Assembly: GCA_002104905.1 (NCBI GenBank)
Contig: MCFE01000446.1
Coordinates: 9,630 to 73,629, forward strand
Direction of reading: 5' to 3'
DNA from: Basidiobolus meristosporus CBS 931.73
Lineage: Eukaryota; Fungi; Basidiobolomycota
Length of the DNA: 64,000 nucleotides
The position numbers were made by a program, and so were the translations under genes. This document shows positions 1-11,879 of this stretch, one piece after another. Within the stretch, counting starts at the first letter, position 1. Each line of letters starts with the position of its first letter. The notes under the pieces are model-generated. The model saw only the letters and a list, made by a program, of their open reading frames with translations. It was not told the origin of the DNA and did no database searches.

Positions 1-157
1 GGCTTAGTGTTAGCCGCTTCATGTGCCCTTTTCTAATAAGTACAGCGGCTTCCTACCTAAAGTGCTGAGTCTTAGGCCAAGCTTGGAGAAATGATCCAGA
101 AATCATGAATGGTTACAGTTGAGGCCAAATCTGCAACATTACCTGAGGAAACCAGTA

Positions 158-1089
158 CTAGCTAAACACATCCATGAATATTTCCTTCTTGCCGACACCG
201 TCTCTATGCACCATGCCGGTCATTGGTGACAAGGATTTGCACCAATCAGCAATGAGTCTGTTCTTGAAATAACAGGTTATGTAATCAACCTGCCCAAAAG
301 AATGACCGTGGTAGTCGGTGGCTGGGCTCTTAATCCGACGCTGTACTCCATCTGTGGCAGGGTAAAGTTTGCAATAGATAAGTGCATGTGTCTTGCAAGA
401 AAGCATCGCCATCCAAGCTATTGATTGTAGCAGCATAGATAAAGCGTAACACAAATAAAGTGAACAGTCACATTTGGCTTGTTTCTTGACAAATAACTAA
501 TTGAAAACGCGTGCACTACAACAAGAAATTCCAAGGCAGCCTATCCCGAGCGCTATCCACTCAATATCCCCAACTCTTGGCAAACAACTGACCAATTTAT
601 TCTTGCCTGTACTGTGCTGTACACCCCAGGACAGTCGTATTGTTCACCAATCAGCAACAGCCCTAGGTTCTTGTAATAACAGGTTAATTTGATACGCCTG
701 CCCCAAAGCTTAACTGTGGTGGCTGCTCTCCAGTTGCGGCAGGGTCAGTTCAGCAATATTTATAAGCATATGTATAGCAAGAAAGCAACACTACCAAAGG
801 ACAATACCTTCCAGGTAATGATAAGGACTATCGTAAGAGATACTTGCCTTAAAGATGTAACAAAGATACCAAGCTCACAGGACAAAGTACCATCCAGAAA
901 AGCTACACTGATGCAAAGGGAGTACCAAAACCCATTGAAATTGACCGAAATCACCTTGGAGCTATCGACGGTAATGTTTAGGCTCATTAGTAAACAATTA
1001 CCAAAGTCCTTACCAATATGGATAGCTATTGCAAAAACTGAGAGAATTGTGAATGATATTAAGGATATCATTGACCAGATCGCCCTCAT
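158..1089 (-). pseudogene. Possible degenerate membrane-protein gene with two similar internal modules
   Basis: Hydrophobic ORF at 760..1089. Two similar peptides lie on the minus strand: ITCYFKNRLIADW (about 240-300) and LTCYYKNLGAVADW (about 640-700), broken by stops and frameshifts. Family not recognised. Confidence 0.25.
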
Positions 1090-1204
1090 TCTTTACACTT
1101 TGAAGTGCAGCCTATACTGTGTAGCCTTGGTACGAAGAGGTAAAGTAGCAAAGGTCAAATCAATCTAGCTCGCATAAAGCTAGCGCTATGAACGAAGCCT
1201 AATT

Positions 1205-1231
1205 GAGTGGGATCGAGGTGATATAAATCGG
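1205..1231 (+). promoter_or_regulatory. TATA-containing core promoter of secreted gene A, duplicated at 4214-4243
   Basis: GAGTGGGATCGAGGTGATATAAATCGG at 1205-1231; GAGTGGGATCGAGAAGGTGATATAAATCGG at 4214-4243. Confidence 0.6.
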
Positions 1232-1262
1232 CAAAATTCGCATGAGACTCCACCAGCCAGTC

Positions 1263-1787
1263 ATGCAGCTTTCCTTCCTCTTGCTAGTTTCCGCCATCGC
1301 TTCGTTGCAAGCAATCTCCGCTACCCCACTCGGTGACTCCCAGGTAGCCTTCACCAATGAGCCATGCGTCGAACAACAGGGTGCTTGTTATCAGGACACT
1401 TCGGCCCCCAGTCAAGAATACCAGCCGTCAACTGAGGAGGGAGATGATTCGGAGATGAGTGAGCCAATGCAGACAAGCGAGACTTCGGGTGAGCAGCCAG
1501 GATTCTCTGGGTTGCAAGGGTTCGATATTTCCAATCTTCAACCATCCCAAGCCTTGCTGGACAAAATCAATGGCCATTCCTCCAGTAAAGCCAATGCCTT
1601 GTCCAACTCAAACCAATTCGACCAAGCGCAAGTCATTGATCAAACCCTGTACCAGCCCAAGCAGCAACAGCCACAAATTATCATCACTCAGCCAGCAGCG
1701 CGTGCTCTTAGAGGTGGGTACAAGAAGTATAAGAGATCTGCTCGTCGCCACTTCAAAGTGAGATATTTCAGTGGAAACAGACATTAA
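1263..1787 (+). CDS. Small secreted protein A: signal peptide, acidic/Gln-rich middle, cationic C-terminus. Alternative ATG at 1242.
   Basis: MQLSFLLLVSAIASLQAISA|TPL signal-like N-terminus; TATA about 40 bp upstream; open frame ending in TAA. Confidence 0.75.
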   Translation: MQLSFLLLVSAIASLQAISATPLGDSQVAFTNEPCVEQQGACYQDTSAPSQEYQPSTEEGDDSEMSEPMQTSETSGEQPGFSGLQGFDISNLQPSQALLDKINGHSSSKANALSNSNQFDQAQVIDQTLYQPKQQQPQIIITQPAARALRGGYKKYKRSARRHFKVRYFSGNRH

Positions 1788-2144
1788 GTCCAGTAAAAGC
1801 AAATTTACGAAATAAAATGAGCAATATATTACTAGGCATACTGATGATGTACAAGTATTCAAGAATTTGCTGATATGCACACGCAGAAATAGCGTTCCTT
1901 ATCGTTGTAAATAGTGGCATGATTTGTATTGAAGAGAATTATGGGTTGTGGTGATAGAACCTTATAATATATACAGAGGCTGTCATTCCAGCGCATGTGT
2001 TTTATATGTTACAGGTTTCCTCTGCAAAGTCCATAACAGAATGTAACAAGACTCACTTTATGCCCTCAGTTTAACCTTATTATATAGCCTCCCATGCTAT
2101 ATAGCGTCGTATGCAACTAACTTATTTCTCAGCTATTCTTCAGC

Positions 2145-2642
2145 ATGCGCTCTACTACCGTAGCAGTGATTCTAAGCCTTGCCGCTCTTCAAGTTGCCGT
2201 TGCTGCCCCAATCGGCTGTTCTTCTCCATGTACTCGCGAGTATAGAGGGGTTCATTATCGCAGCTTACCATGTGCACAGTATGCGAGCGGTTGCTACCAA
2301 AACGCTCGAGTTTTGCCTGTTGTTAAGACGACGAATGTCGAATCCCCGTTATTGCGCCAGGTTTTCACCACGGTGACCAGAAAGCACGATAACCTGAACA
2401 TTGCTAACGCCAACAGCAACAAAGGCTTCAATGTCAAGTATCAAGCAGGGCCCAGTCTCGAACTGGAGGGTGGGGCCAACGCATTAGAATACGCCAAGCA
2501 AAAGGGAGCGGAACACTCGGAAGATAGTTCTTTCTCTCCCTACGTTCTGATGCAGCCCACTCAAGATGTACAATACACGGCCCCTGTGGCAGAGATGCAA
2601 TGCGTAGAAGATTGTCCAGAGCAAAACGTTCAATACAATTAG
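2145..2642 (+). CDS. Small secreted Cys-containing protein B (165 aa), the only intact member of a 5-copy family
   Basis: MRSTTVAVILSLAALQVAVA|APIGCSSPC signal peptide; TATATA upstream; AATAAA at about 2705; four degenerate paralogs in the window. Confidence 0.8.
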   Translation: MRSTTVAVILSLAALQVAVAAPIGCSSPCTREYRGVHYRSLPCAQYASGCYQNARVLPVVKTTNVESPLLRQVFTTVTRKHDNLNIANANSNKGFNVKYQAGPSLELEGGANALEYAKQKGAEHSEDSSFSPYVLMQPTQDVQYTAPVAEMQCVEDCPEQNVQYN

Positions 2643-3012
2643 TGCGATGACATGAGCTGAAGATGTAGGTAGTCATCACCACGCTACAACTGAAAATTCT
2701 CAATCAATAAAATTCAAATGACATTCTTAGTACTTGTTGTTACTTGTGATTAGCTTTTTACTTGCACACACCTGTATCATGATCAGAGCTGCGGGCATTA
2801 ATATTAGATATTCGCTTACGTACTAACATACTCACCCTCAGTCTTTAGTGATGCTGCCCTCCACCGAAAAGCTTGATATTAGAGAGAATGTCTGGCAGGA
2901 TACCGGATTGACTTTGGTAACACAAAGATTCGCGATTGACAGACTGCCCAGTGACTGTTAGCATTGTGATATTTCCTCTTATCGTTTTTGTGCAAGCTAA
3001 GAGTAAAATGGA

Positions 3013-3094
3013 TGATGAGGGTGGGGTTCGAACCCACGCCTCCGAAGAGACTGCGACCTGAACGCAGCGCCTTAGACCACTCGGCCACCTCACC
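3013..3094 (-). tRNA. tRNA-Leu(CAG), 82 nt, intronless
   Basis: Reverse complement is GGTGAGGTGGCCGAGTGGTCTAAGGCGCTGCGTTCAGGTCGCAGTCTCTTCGGAGGCGTGGGTTCGAACCCCACCCTCATCA. It shows the acceptor stem, anticodon stem CTGCG/CGCAG with loop TTCAGGT, a long variable arm, a GTTCGAA T-loop and a downstream TTTT terminator. Confidence 0.97.
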
Positions 3095-3446
3095 AGCTTG
3101 TACTTGGTCATTACGAAAGAGTTTGAAAGCAAATATTCTTGAAGTACTACCTTCGCTCGAAGCAAGCATCATAAAGTATCTTTTCCTATTGTTTTGTCGT
3201 AATTGTCTAGATGATACTGAGTAGTGAGTAATGGTCGTTCAAGACACTGTTGTTATCGATGCACAAATGTAAGAGATATGGCTTAGTAATGAATCCAATC
3301 CAAGAAAAGTACTACTTTATACCGGATGAACCAGACTGTTTAAATCATTTCTGGGTTCTTCCCGAAACGTGATTGATATTAAAGTTGCATGTTGTGTGAC
3401 TTATAAACCAAGAAAGTATAATAACGAATATAAAGGCCGTAGAGGA

Positions 3447-3974
3447 GTGTCTACTCAAGATATCCTCTTAGCCAGTGCTTTGATACTTGCATCCTCTTTT
3501 GCCGCTCCTCTTGAACGCAACCAACACAATACTACGGCAACCCCCGAGTATGTAGAGCTATATAAAAACGTAAAGGCGTGTAGTGAAGAATTTCCATCTT
3601 CATTCTGGACAGGAAGTAAGGTTCGCAGAATGCGTGAGGATGATCCAGGAGCTTTCTCAAAGCCTAGGTACACAGAGTGGAAGCGTGGCAAAGCGTGTTC
3701 TTGATGCAACTCATGGGATCGACATATTTTTTGTCGCCCTGGATTGCTTTTAGAAGACAGAAAAAGCCGGGAGAACTTAAGCCTAGTCTGTGGGGTTACC
3801 CAGCAAAAAGGGAGAGGAGCAAGTGTGGAAACAGTAACTTTCAAGGAATTTAGTGGCATGGTGGAGTAGGGATTATCTCGTATAGTATTGGATATGCAGC
3901 ACAAAGTGGTGTCACATCAACAATATACAAGGGCAGCATATAAGTATCATTCGGTCACTCTTACTAACGCTTAA
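3447..3974 (+). pseudogene. Pseudogenised secreted protein C (ATG lost; in-frame TGA and TAG)
   Basis: TATAAA at about 3429. GTG-STQDILLASALILASSFA|APL is signal-like. The frame continues past the TGA at 3702-3704 without a shift. Confidence 0.45.
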
Positions 3975-4468
3975 GTCATGTTGTAGTGGCTCCGAACTCG
4001 GACTGTTGCGCCAAGAACATCTAAGCATCACTATCGCCAACGTCGCCTTTCTCTTTCTTCAGTATCTACTTCTAGCTTTATACTATAAAGAATTTGGTTG
4101 ACATTAAATGCTGATTACTATTTCGTGTATGCACTGTCTCACGAGAATCACCAGCTAGGCATAAGGATCATTTTTAAGAAATAGCAAACGGTGAGGCACC
4201 CAGGCTAAATCAAGAGTGGGATCGAGAAGGTGATATAAATCGGGAGAGTACAAGAAGTCACGCCGCTTTAAAGATACTAGGATTAGCACTAGTATGCTCC
4301 AGAAATGAATGCAGAATGCTGATGGAGCCCAAACAATCATTAGGAGTGTGCCCGCAACAGCATAGCGATAGTGATGAGTTAATGAAGCTGATTAATCCAT
4401 GAAATAAGTTATAGCAATTTGTCCAGCCAAGCCTATATACCAGCCCACTAATACGTTATTCACTCCAC

Positions 4469-4887
4469 ATGCGCTTTATTACCGTAGCAGTGATTCTAGA
4501 CCTTGCCGCAATCGGCGGTTACTCTCCATGCACTCGCGAGTATAGAGGGGTTCATTATCGCAGTTTACCATGTATACAGTATGCGAATGATTGCTACCAA
4601 AACGTTGTTAAGACGTCCAATGTTCAATCCCCGTTATTGTGCCAGGGTTGACCACGGTGACCAGAAAGCACAACAACCTGAACATTGCTAATGCCAACAG
4701 CAATAAAGGCTTCAATGTCAAGTATCAAGCAGGACCCAGTCTCGAACCGGAGGGTGGGGCCAACGCACTGAAATACGCCAAGCAAAAGCGAGCGAAACAC
4801 CCGGACAATAGCTCTTCGTATCCCTACGTTCTGATGTAGTCCACCCAAGATGTAGCAGAGACCGAACAAAATGTTCAATACAATTAG
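4469..4887 (+). pseudogene. Family B copy 2 (signal-peptide deletion, frameshifts, CAG>TAG)
   Basis: Near-colinear with 2145-2642 (CTREYRGVHYRSLPC; TTVTRKHNNLNIANANSNKGFNVKYQAGPSLE). Confidence 0.85.
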
Positions 4888-5259
4888 TGTGCTGACAATT
4901 CCCCCAACAGATAAATCAGCCTAAACTGAGGATATTGGGTAGGCAAAACAAATAAACATTCTTTGCACGACTACTCTACTTTCACAGTCTCATTGACTAT
5001 CAATCCATCGCAGATACAGTGTACTAGTTCAAAAAAAATCGACAGACACCAAAGGAATAGGGGCACTCCACATTTGGTTGGTGGCAAGAGAGAAGTCCAA
5101 ACAGCATTGTGTATCAACAACCGCATTTGAAGATACTTTGGGATGTCAGTAAAGCCATGTTCAATGTTTACGTACTTACTCCATCGAACTTTAAAATAAA
5201 TGTATCAATATTGGGAGGTAAATTGCCGTAAGTCAACATACCATTGTATTATTCGTGAG

Positions 5260-5870
5260 ACGCAAAACGACTCGTACTACGATTTCTCATGCAAGGGCTT
5301 GAAGCGTGCACTCAGGAATGGCACTGGTTATTTCATAGTCAATGTTTGCAGTCCACGACAGTACATATAATACATTTAGTTTCGTCGATTTCAATATTAT
5401 GGGATTAGGCAACGAAATGCGGGAAAATTTCTATGGAATCTTTTCCTTTAAATAGAGAGCATCTGTTGTCTGGTATCGTTACGACTGTACTTTACAGGAT
5501 TATGTATGTATTACATTCCCAGTACACTAAAGGACGGTTTGCACATTCTGACAGTTTGTTGTTATCCAACTATCATTCAAAAATCAAATCAAATCAAAAT
5601 ATCAATCAATCAATCACTTTGAAAATTGGCAAGCAATGAAATGAAAACCGCTTAAAATTTTGATTGCAAAATGACATACTTGTTTGATTACAATTACAGT
5701 TTTCTGATCATTAAAATCAAATTCATAACTGAATGTTTAAGTGGGCACACAACTTTGCATAAAAAAAGGAAAAGATTAAGTTGGTAGTTGGACTTTATTG
5801 TAGTGGCTACTGATGACCATCCACTCAGACTTGCCAACCTCTGACTGCTCCAGTGTGCTAGGTTTTTGTT
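5260..5870. repeat. Non-coding block paralogous to 18890-19190, which lies upstream of family B copy 5
   Basis: Shared strings GACTC(G/A)TACTACGA, GCGTGCAC(T/A)CAGGAATGGCACT, TTATTTCATAGTCA, TATTATGGGATT and CCATCCACTCA(G/A)ACTTGCCAAC(C/T)TCTGACTGC. Confidence 0.75.
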
Positions 5871-7284
5871 GCTCTGTTGCCAGCCTCACACCTTCCCCAA
5901 GTCTTTAATAACCTTGCCATCTCACAATTACTTGAAGATGCCCATGTCAACACTAGACTCTAAGAAACATGGATAGAAATCATCAGCAGTGACCCACTAC
6001 TCAAGCCTTCACCCAACCAGTTCTCCAGAAGCTTGTGCTACAGATAGATGCACCACTCTACCCAACTGTTAACTTATTCAAAAATCAAAATGAAGGGGCT
6101 AAGAGTTATTTATTGCAATGCTTTAATATGTATTATCAACTCTTTAAGCTACCTTTGCTGTTCCTCCCTGAAGGATTCTTGTATATTGCACAAGACTATG
6201 TAAAATATTTGATGTTGTAGTATGCACTGGGCAGGTTACTGTGTTGATAGAGCTTGATCAATATGGACCAAGTAGATCCATACTACACCCACATACCTCA
6301 GAATGACTGTACTAATGACACTTCTGCATATGCAAGCCTTTCATAATGATTTTGGTCAACAATTATCTGTGCCAGGGCATAGGTTTGGTGGGGGGGTATA
6401 AAGAGGCATTGTAATTATCAAACTAGTCTATCTAGCTTCTAGCTCAATTCCCTAGTACTACAGACACTATTTCAATGTCATTTCTAGGTGAAGTCCTCAC
6501 TCCCATCCAAACATCTATGTGTTCTCTTTGAAATATGCCTTTCTTTGCTGTATACCACAATCCCATCTCAATAGCTATGGTGAATGGGTAGGCAGATGCT
6601 TCAAAGAAAATGCTCAATCCAGAAGAAATGTGTTTGTCACTGTTATTCTGGAGATTACCAACTTGATTTTCTATAGCTCATCTCATGCCAGAGTAGTGCA
6701 TGGAAGATCTACACAATGATTCATCAGAAAGTGTGGATTTTGCCTGGCATATGAACACAGACACTGAAATATTGAGGATGCGTGGGGTTACCATACAACT
6801 ATTCCTCATCCAACAAGGCTTCATTCAAATGAATGAGCAAACCTGCAGTGTTAGATATACTGACATTGCTTTCAGTTTTCTTCCTACCATTGCAGTGACT
6901 GCATCCTCATTCAGGGTCTATCATCTCGGCTTGCCACTGCACCTACAATGCCAATACTTAGCCCACAGCTGATGCAACACTTTAGAGACTCAAGCAACTT
7001 GAAAGTTCCAGCTTTGAAATATAGACTGATGGCCTGATTGAATAACTGGTCTGCTTTAACTAGGATAATGACTACAATTCTGGCAATGATGAGCGCTTGT
7101 CAATCCATAGAATAGAGAGTCTCTATTAACCAGACAACTGTGCCCAGTGCTGCTATCACAGCACCATCATACTGCTTAGTTGGTTTGGGCACCTGAGGAA
7201 TACAAAGTGAACCATTGGTAGCTTACATTGCTCACTCCTCCAGTACTCAGTTGTGCAGCCTTAAATGAAAGCATCTGTTGTGCA

Positions 7285-7380
7285 TCAACATTTAAACTTG
7301 GCCAATTTCACTCTGTTAGAAAATCTAGTACCCTAACTGATTTTTCCTAACCTAAACATAACCAATCCCTGTTGTAGTTT
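7285..7380. mobile_element. Short fragment of the CACTA family (internal region)
   Basis: AAACTTGGCCAATTT...AGTACCCT.ACTGATTTT.C.TAACC.AAACATA matches 37970-38050. Confidence 0.5.
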
Positions 7381-7649
7381 ATTTTATCACTGCTCAGAAT
7401 CTATTTATAGCTGTCACACCTGATCAATTTTCATGTGGTCATTACATCCTCAACTGATCTGCTAAGCCTTTCCAAGTGTTTAGTCATCAGAGACTTATCC
7501 AGCCACTTAGTGCTTGCCAAGACATCAGCCAATTAATGATGCAGCATTTCTTTTATCTTATGCACCTATCAACACCCCAACAGATATCAATTAGTCCAGT
7601 CTCTTAGTGCTTACTAATGCAACTCAATCAGAAAAGTATAAATAAAGTT

Positions 7650-8510
7650 TACTGAACCTTTTGGTTAAGTGTGTGTCTCAACAAAATTATAATTCAACAA
7701 ATCCATTCTAGCTTCTACCCAAGCTTAGCATATCTAGCACTCTCAAGAACACCAAGCCTAGCCTGTATAGCAAACCTACTCTGTTGCCTTTATAGCCCTA
7801 CTCAACTATATGCAAAACCAACATTTAGACCAGAACTCCTCTGCTAATATTTCTGTCACCCCTGATAATTCTAAGATTATTTGGCCTATCTTACTATTCT
7901 CTCAAAACTTCACTGCTGCCAGTATAATTGATTCTGAATACTGCTCTTTGCCTATTTCTTTATGAATACCACAATTCAGCACATGCTTGGGTAGTGCCCT
8001 TCCTAATACCTGATGTTCTCCTGCTTTATACTCATGGCTCCCTGGATGGCTATCAACATGTTCTTGGGAGGTCTATTGCCTTTTGGTTTAACATCTCTGC
8101 CATTTAGTGACTGAGAGCTTATGGCATTGCTAATATATTACCTTAGTGTATCAATTATAAACTGGCATTCACCTACTTACCTAGCTCCTGAATATTGCAT
8201 AGAGAGCAGGTCATGTGTAAATCACCTGGCTTTTCAAACCTGATAATCTAAGAGCACACAGGTCACATGACAATGGCATGGCAGAAATTTGGTGGCATCT
8301 TATATATTGGTGCACTCAACTTTCAAGTATTTCACAGCTTCTTATATGACTTTTATGTTCAGGTTGGGGTCTTGATATATGCTTCATAGCCTCATGCCCC
8401 ATTGCTGCAATAAGCACTTCTATGAGCTTAATTTATGGCCACATTGTCTCACTCAAAAGAATATGCAATTTTCATGCATTGTCAGGTAAAAAAATAGCAT
8501 TACAGTGACA
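7650..8510 (-). mobile_element. Degenerate LINE (non-LTR) 3' fragment
   Basis: Minus-strand remnants LFFT-D, KC, VKYLKV and AIQARLGVLESARYAKLG; homologous to 40050-40300; CpG-depleted. Confidence 0.55.
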
Positions 8511-9094
8511 CTTCTAATTCTTCCTTGCAGCAAGTTGTGTTTTTTATATTATGTAATACAACTTACATATCAATCAAACATAGTTTTGACTCAGATAATA
8601 GTTTTTTAATACAAATATGTAACTTATTTTATATTCTAGTTTATGTTCATATTAATCAACACCGTTAAATACATTTTTGGTTTAGCAAAAATATTTTTTA
8701 CAAAATTATTTTTAACTTTGACTAAACTTTGGTTTGAAACCTTTTTCCCAGTATTATTTCTAACTTTGATCAACACACAAGAGTCTTATATGGCAATTGT
8801 AGGTAGTTATGAGCCTGAAGATACAGATCCCAGCCTTTGACTCTTGGGGATAGACAGAAGAGCTGATGTCAGATTCCAGGCTGGCCCTGGCCTGAGTAAG
8901 AAGGTGAATCTTTGAGTTTTATTGATTTGAAGTTGAAGAGTTGTAGGAATAGTGATTGTTAAGGGTATTATTGGGTATTTATCACAGCGCTTCAACTGCT
9001 GCAACTATCAACATGTGGTTTTTCAAGCTGTAAATTCCATATATATAGTGAATTGTAACTTTGGGTCTATTTTCTTTTTAGGCCATCATTACAT

Positions 9095-9470
9095 GACTGC
9101 TACCAGCCAGTCCAAGTGCCATTATTGTGTCAAGTGCTCACCACTGTTACCAAAAACATGGTAATGTGAACACTGCTAATGCTAATAGTGAAAAAAGTCT
9201 TGAAGCCAAGCTGGCTCTAGCCTCAAAGTAGATGGTTCAGCCAGTGCATCCAAGTATGCCAAACAGAAGTGTGCTGAGCACTCAGACAATGGTTCTAATT
9301 ACCCCATTGTCATGATTTAGCCTGCACAAGATGAGACATACACTACACCAGTAGTAGATACCAATGTGTTGAAGGATGTGCTGATCAGGACACCAGATGG
9401 AATACAAGAGATTGGCACAAATATTCAAGTGGAAATAGACACAATAAACATCATTTCATTTGACCACATT
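9095..9470 (+). pseudogene. Family B copy 3 (5'-truncated, CpG-decayed)
   Basis: Aligns to copy 4 and to gene B (NTANANSEKSL, KYAKQKCAEHSDN, QCVEGCADQD). Tandem with copy 4; the 3' flank GCAATATCAATGCAATTGAGCCAATGATGG occurs at about 9585 and 10421. Confidence 0.75.
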
Positions 9471-9749
9471 ATATCAAAATGCAACATTAGCACATACTTT
9501 GTAAGTCACTATACCTCAGCTGGAATTTCAAAAGCATATGAGCATCTATTGGAATACCTATTGTACTGTATTCATGTAAACTATGCAATATCAATGCAAT
9601 TGAGCCAATGATGGTAGAGAGAATGCTAATTTGAGTTCTGATAAGTTAACTAACTATTGCTACCATCAATGTTGTAACCATGTTATAGCAGTTCCCATGC
9701 TATATATCCCAGAGTGAATTTAGCAATGAACTTGGTAGCTCTCAAAGAG

Positions 9750-10302
9750 GCATACATTCATTGTAGCATTGATCTTGGGCCTTGCCACTCTTCAAACCAC
9801 TGTTGCTGCTCCAGTCACATGCTTCAAATCATGCAACTGTGAGCATAGAAGAGTCCACTATTGCAGGTATTCATGCTCAGACTAAGCAAGCAACTGCTAC
9901 CAGCAAGCCCAGGTTCAGCCCACTGTTGAAATGCCAAATATCCAAGTGCCATTGTTACGTCAGGTGTTCACCACCATGACCAGAAAGCATCACAATCAGA
10001 ACACTGCCAATGCAAATAGTGACAAGAGTCTTGATGCTCAGTTTCAAGCAGGCCCTAGCCTCAAAGTAGAAGGTTCAGCTGGCACATCCAAGTATGCCAA
10101 ACTGGAGAGTGCTGAGCACTCAGACAATGGCTCTAACTATCCCATCATTATGATTTAGCCTGCACAAGATGAGGCATACACAACACCAGTAGTAGACATG
10201 CAATGCATTGAAGGATGTGCTGATCAGGATACTGGAAGGAATACAAGAGATTGGCTCAGACACTCTAGTGGAAGTAGTCACAATGAACATCATTTCACTT
10301 GA
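9750..10302 (+). pseudogene. Family B copy 4 (full span, ATG lost, CpG-decayed)
   Basis: CCCATGCTATATA promoter match to gene B; VPLLRQVFTTMTRKHHNQNTANANSDK; CG>TG/CA changes relative to gene B (TATCGCAG>TATTGCAG, GCCGCT>GCCACT). Confidence 0.8.
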
Positions 10303-10504
10303 CCACCTTATATTAAAATGGAACATTAGCATAGATTTGTAAATCACAATACTACAGCTGGAATTTAAAAACCATATGAGAATTTATTGGCATATTAATT
10401 GTACTGTAACTATATAAACTATGCAATATCAATGCAATTGAGCCAATGATGGTAGAGAATGCTGCCTTTTGATCTGAGCAAAGTTAAATAACTATTACTA
10501 CCAT

Positions 10505-11864
10505 CAACAACACCCATGGAATAATATGCCAAGGATGCTTTATGGAATCAAGTGAGCCCAGTAAACCATCCACTAGTGAATGATGTAATGTTGTGGCTAG
10601 AGAAGTGGCATGTTTCCACTAATATCAGTAATGGGGGCTTTGAGGATTTATTACTACTACTTGCCAAAATCATTGCAGGATGCAACTGACCATGTACATG
10701 GTTTCAAGTGGGCAACTGTCATGTGGCTGGCAACATATGACCCAGAGATTGTCTTGATTCCAGCATGTGTTGACAGTTGCATGGCATTCACATCCAAAAA
10801 TGACACCATTGCAATGTGTCCAAATTGTCAGGAAGAAACCACCATTGAGAAAAAATATTGTTCACACTCCAGATATATTCTGGAAATACCCCACTTAAAG
10901 AAGCTCATGCAGTCAAACAGATATTACAAAGCTAAAAAGTACTGCACTCAGTATCAATTAAGTGCAAACTTATCCAATATATTCAATACACACACTTGCT
11001 GAATTTCTCAGGGTCACAAGCCAATTTCTACACCATTCAATACGGAATTCACGCAAACAAGAGCCTATGTGCACCTATAAAGGGGACTAGAATCCAGTAG
11101 GAAGAAGGAATATATTGACTAAATACTAGAAAGTACTCTGTGGATATTCAGAAGGTATTCATGGCAGAAGTGGTGGCAACCAAGCATATGTTTGCAGGAT
11201 GTATATGTTACCAGCAATACAAGGCATAAGACATCTTTGCAAGTGTCATGCTAAAAAGCTGTAAAGTTGAGGTGACAGAAGTATGTCTATTAGTGCAGGT
11301 GTGCATGTTTGTTGAGGTTAATAAGCAGGAAGTCAGAGTAATTTTTGATTCAAATTATATGTGGAATACCCAAGGTAGTAGTAGGTAAGCAGATAAAGAG
11401 GGGTGATTCTACAGTGGAATATGTTAATTGATCAAGGGGAGGTAGAAAAAGGAAATATCATTTGGTAAATTGGTATAGTAGCATTATAGAGAACTAGCTG
11501 TAGGCTGTCATACTGCTGTAATAATACTATTGGATGCTTGCAATGAGATCATCAAACACTGTCAAGTTTCTCACCATAAAGGCAATTTGGAAGTACTAGC
11601 TGGTTAGATCAACTCAAATAATTTTAGAGCGCACCAAGACTGCAACAATGCCATGCCATCCTTGGCAAAACACTGAGCAAACACTGTTATGTTGTTCTAC
11701 TTTATTTGGCTGTAAAATTTGCCAAATGCTGTTGTGATCCTATCTTTAGATTGTGTAGATGGTCATTAACTCCAAGCTGCTGGTATTTTAGCGGTCCCCT
11801 GATGGGATCTAGACAGCAGATCTGATTGGATCCACCTGCAGGGCCAAATTATATTTTCATAGGG
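10505..11864 (+). mobile_element. CACTA (tnp2) deletion derivative with an intact right end
   Basis: DPEIVLIPACVDSCMAF...CPNCQE peptide matches 46650-46960; ends in TTTTCATAGGG (TIR) at 11864. Confidence 0.85.
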
Positions 11865-11879
11865 TCTAGTGCAAGTATC

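Noticed and set aside
6480-7280. Possible MULE/FAR1-like transposon remnant (KYWHCRCSGKPR on the minus strand)
   Set aside because: A single short motif in heavily decayed DNA; no DDE core or termini seen.
2640-10158. Stop-codon reassignment (TAG=Gln) suggested by recurrent CAG>TAG
   Set aside because: Apparently intact genes end at TAG (2642, 27448), the long conserved genes contain no internal TAG, and the affected copies carry other disabling lesions.
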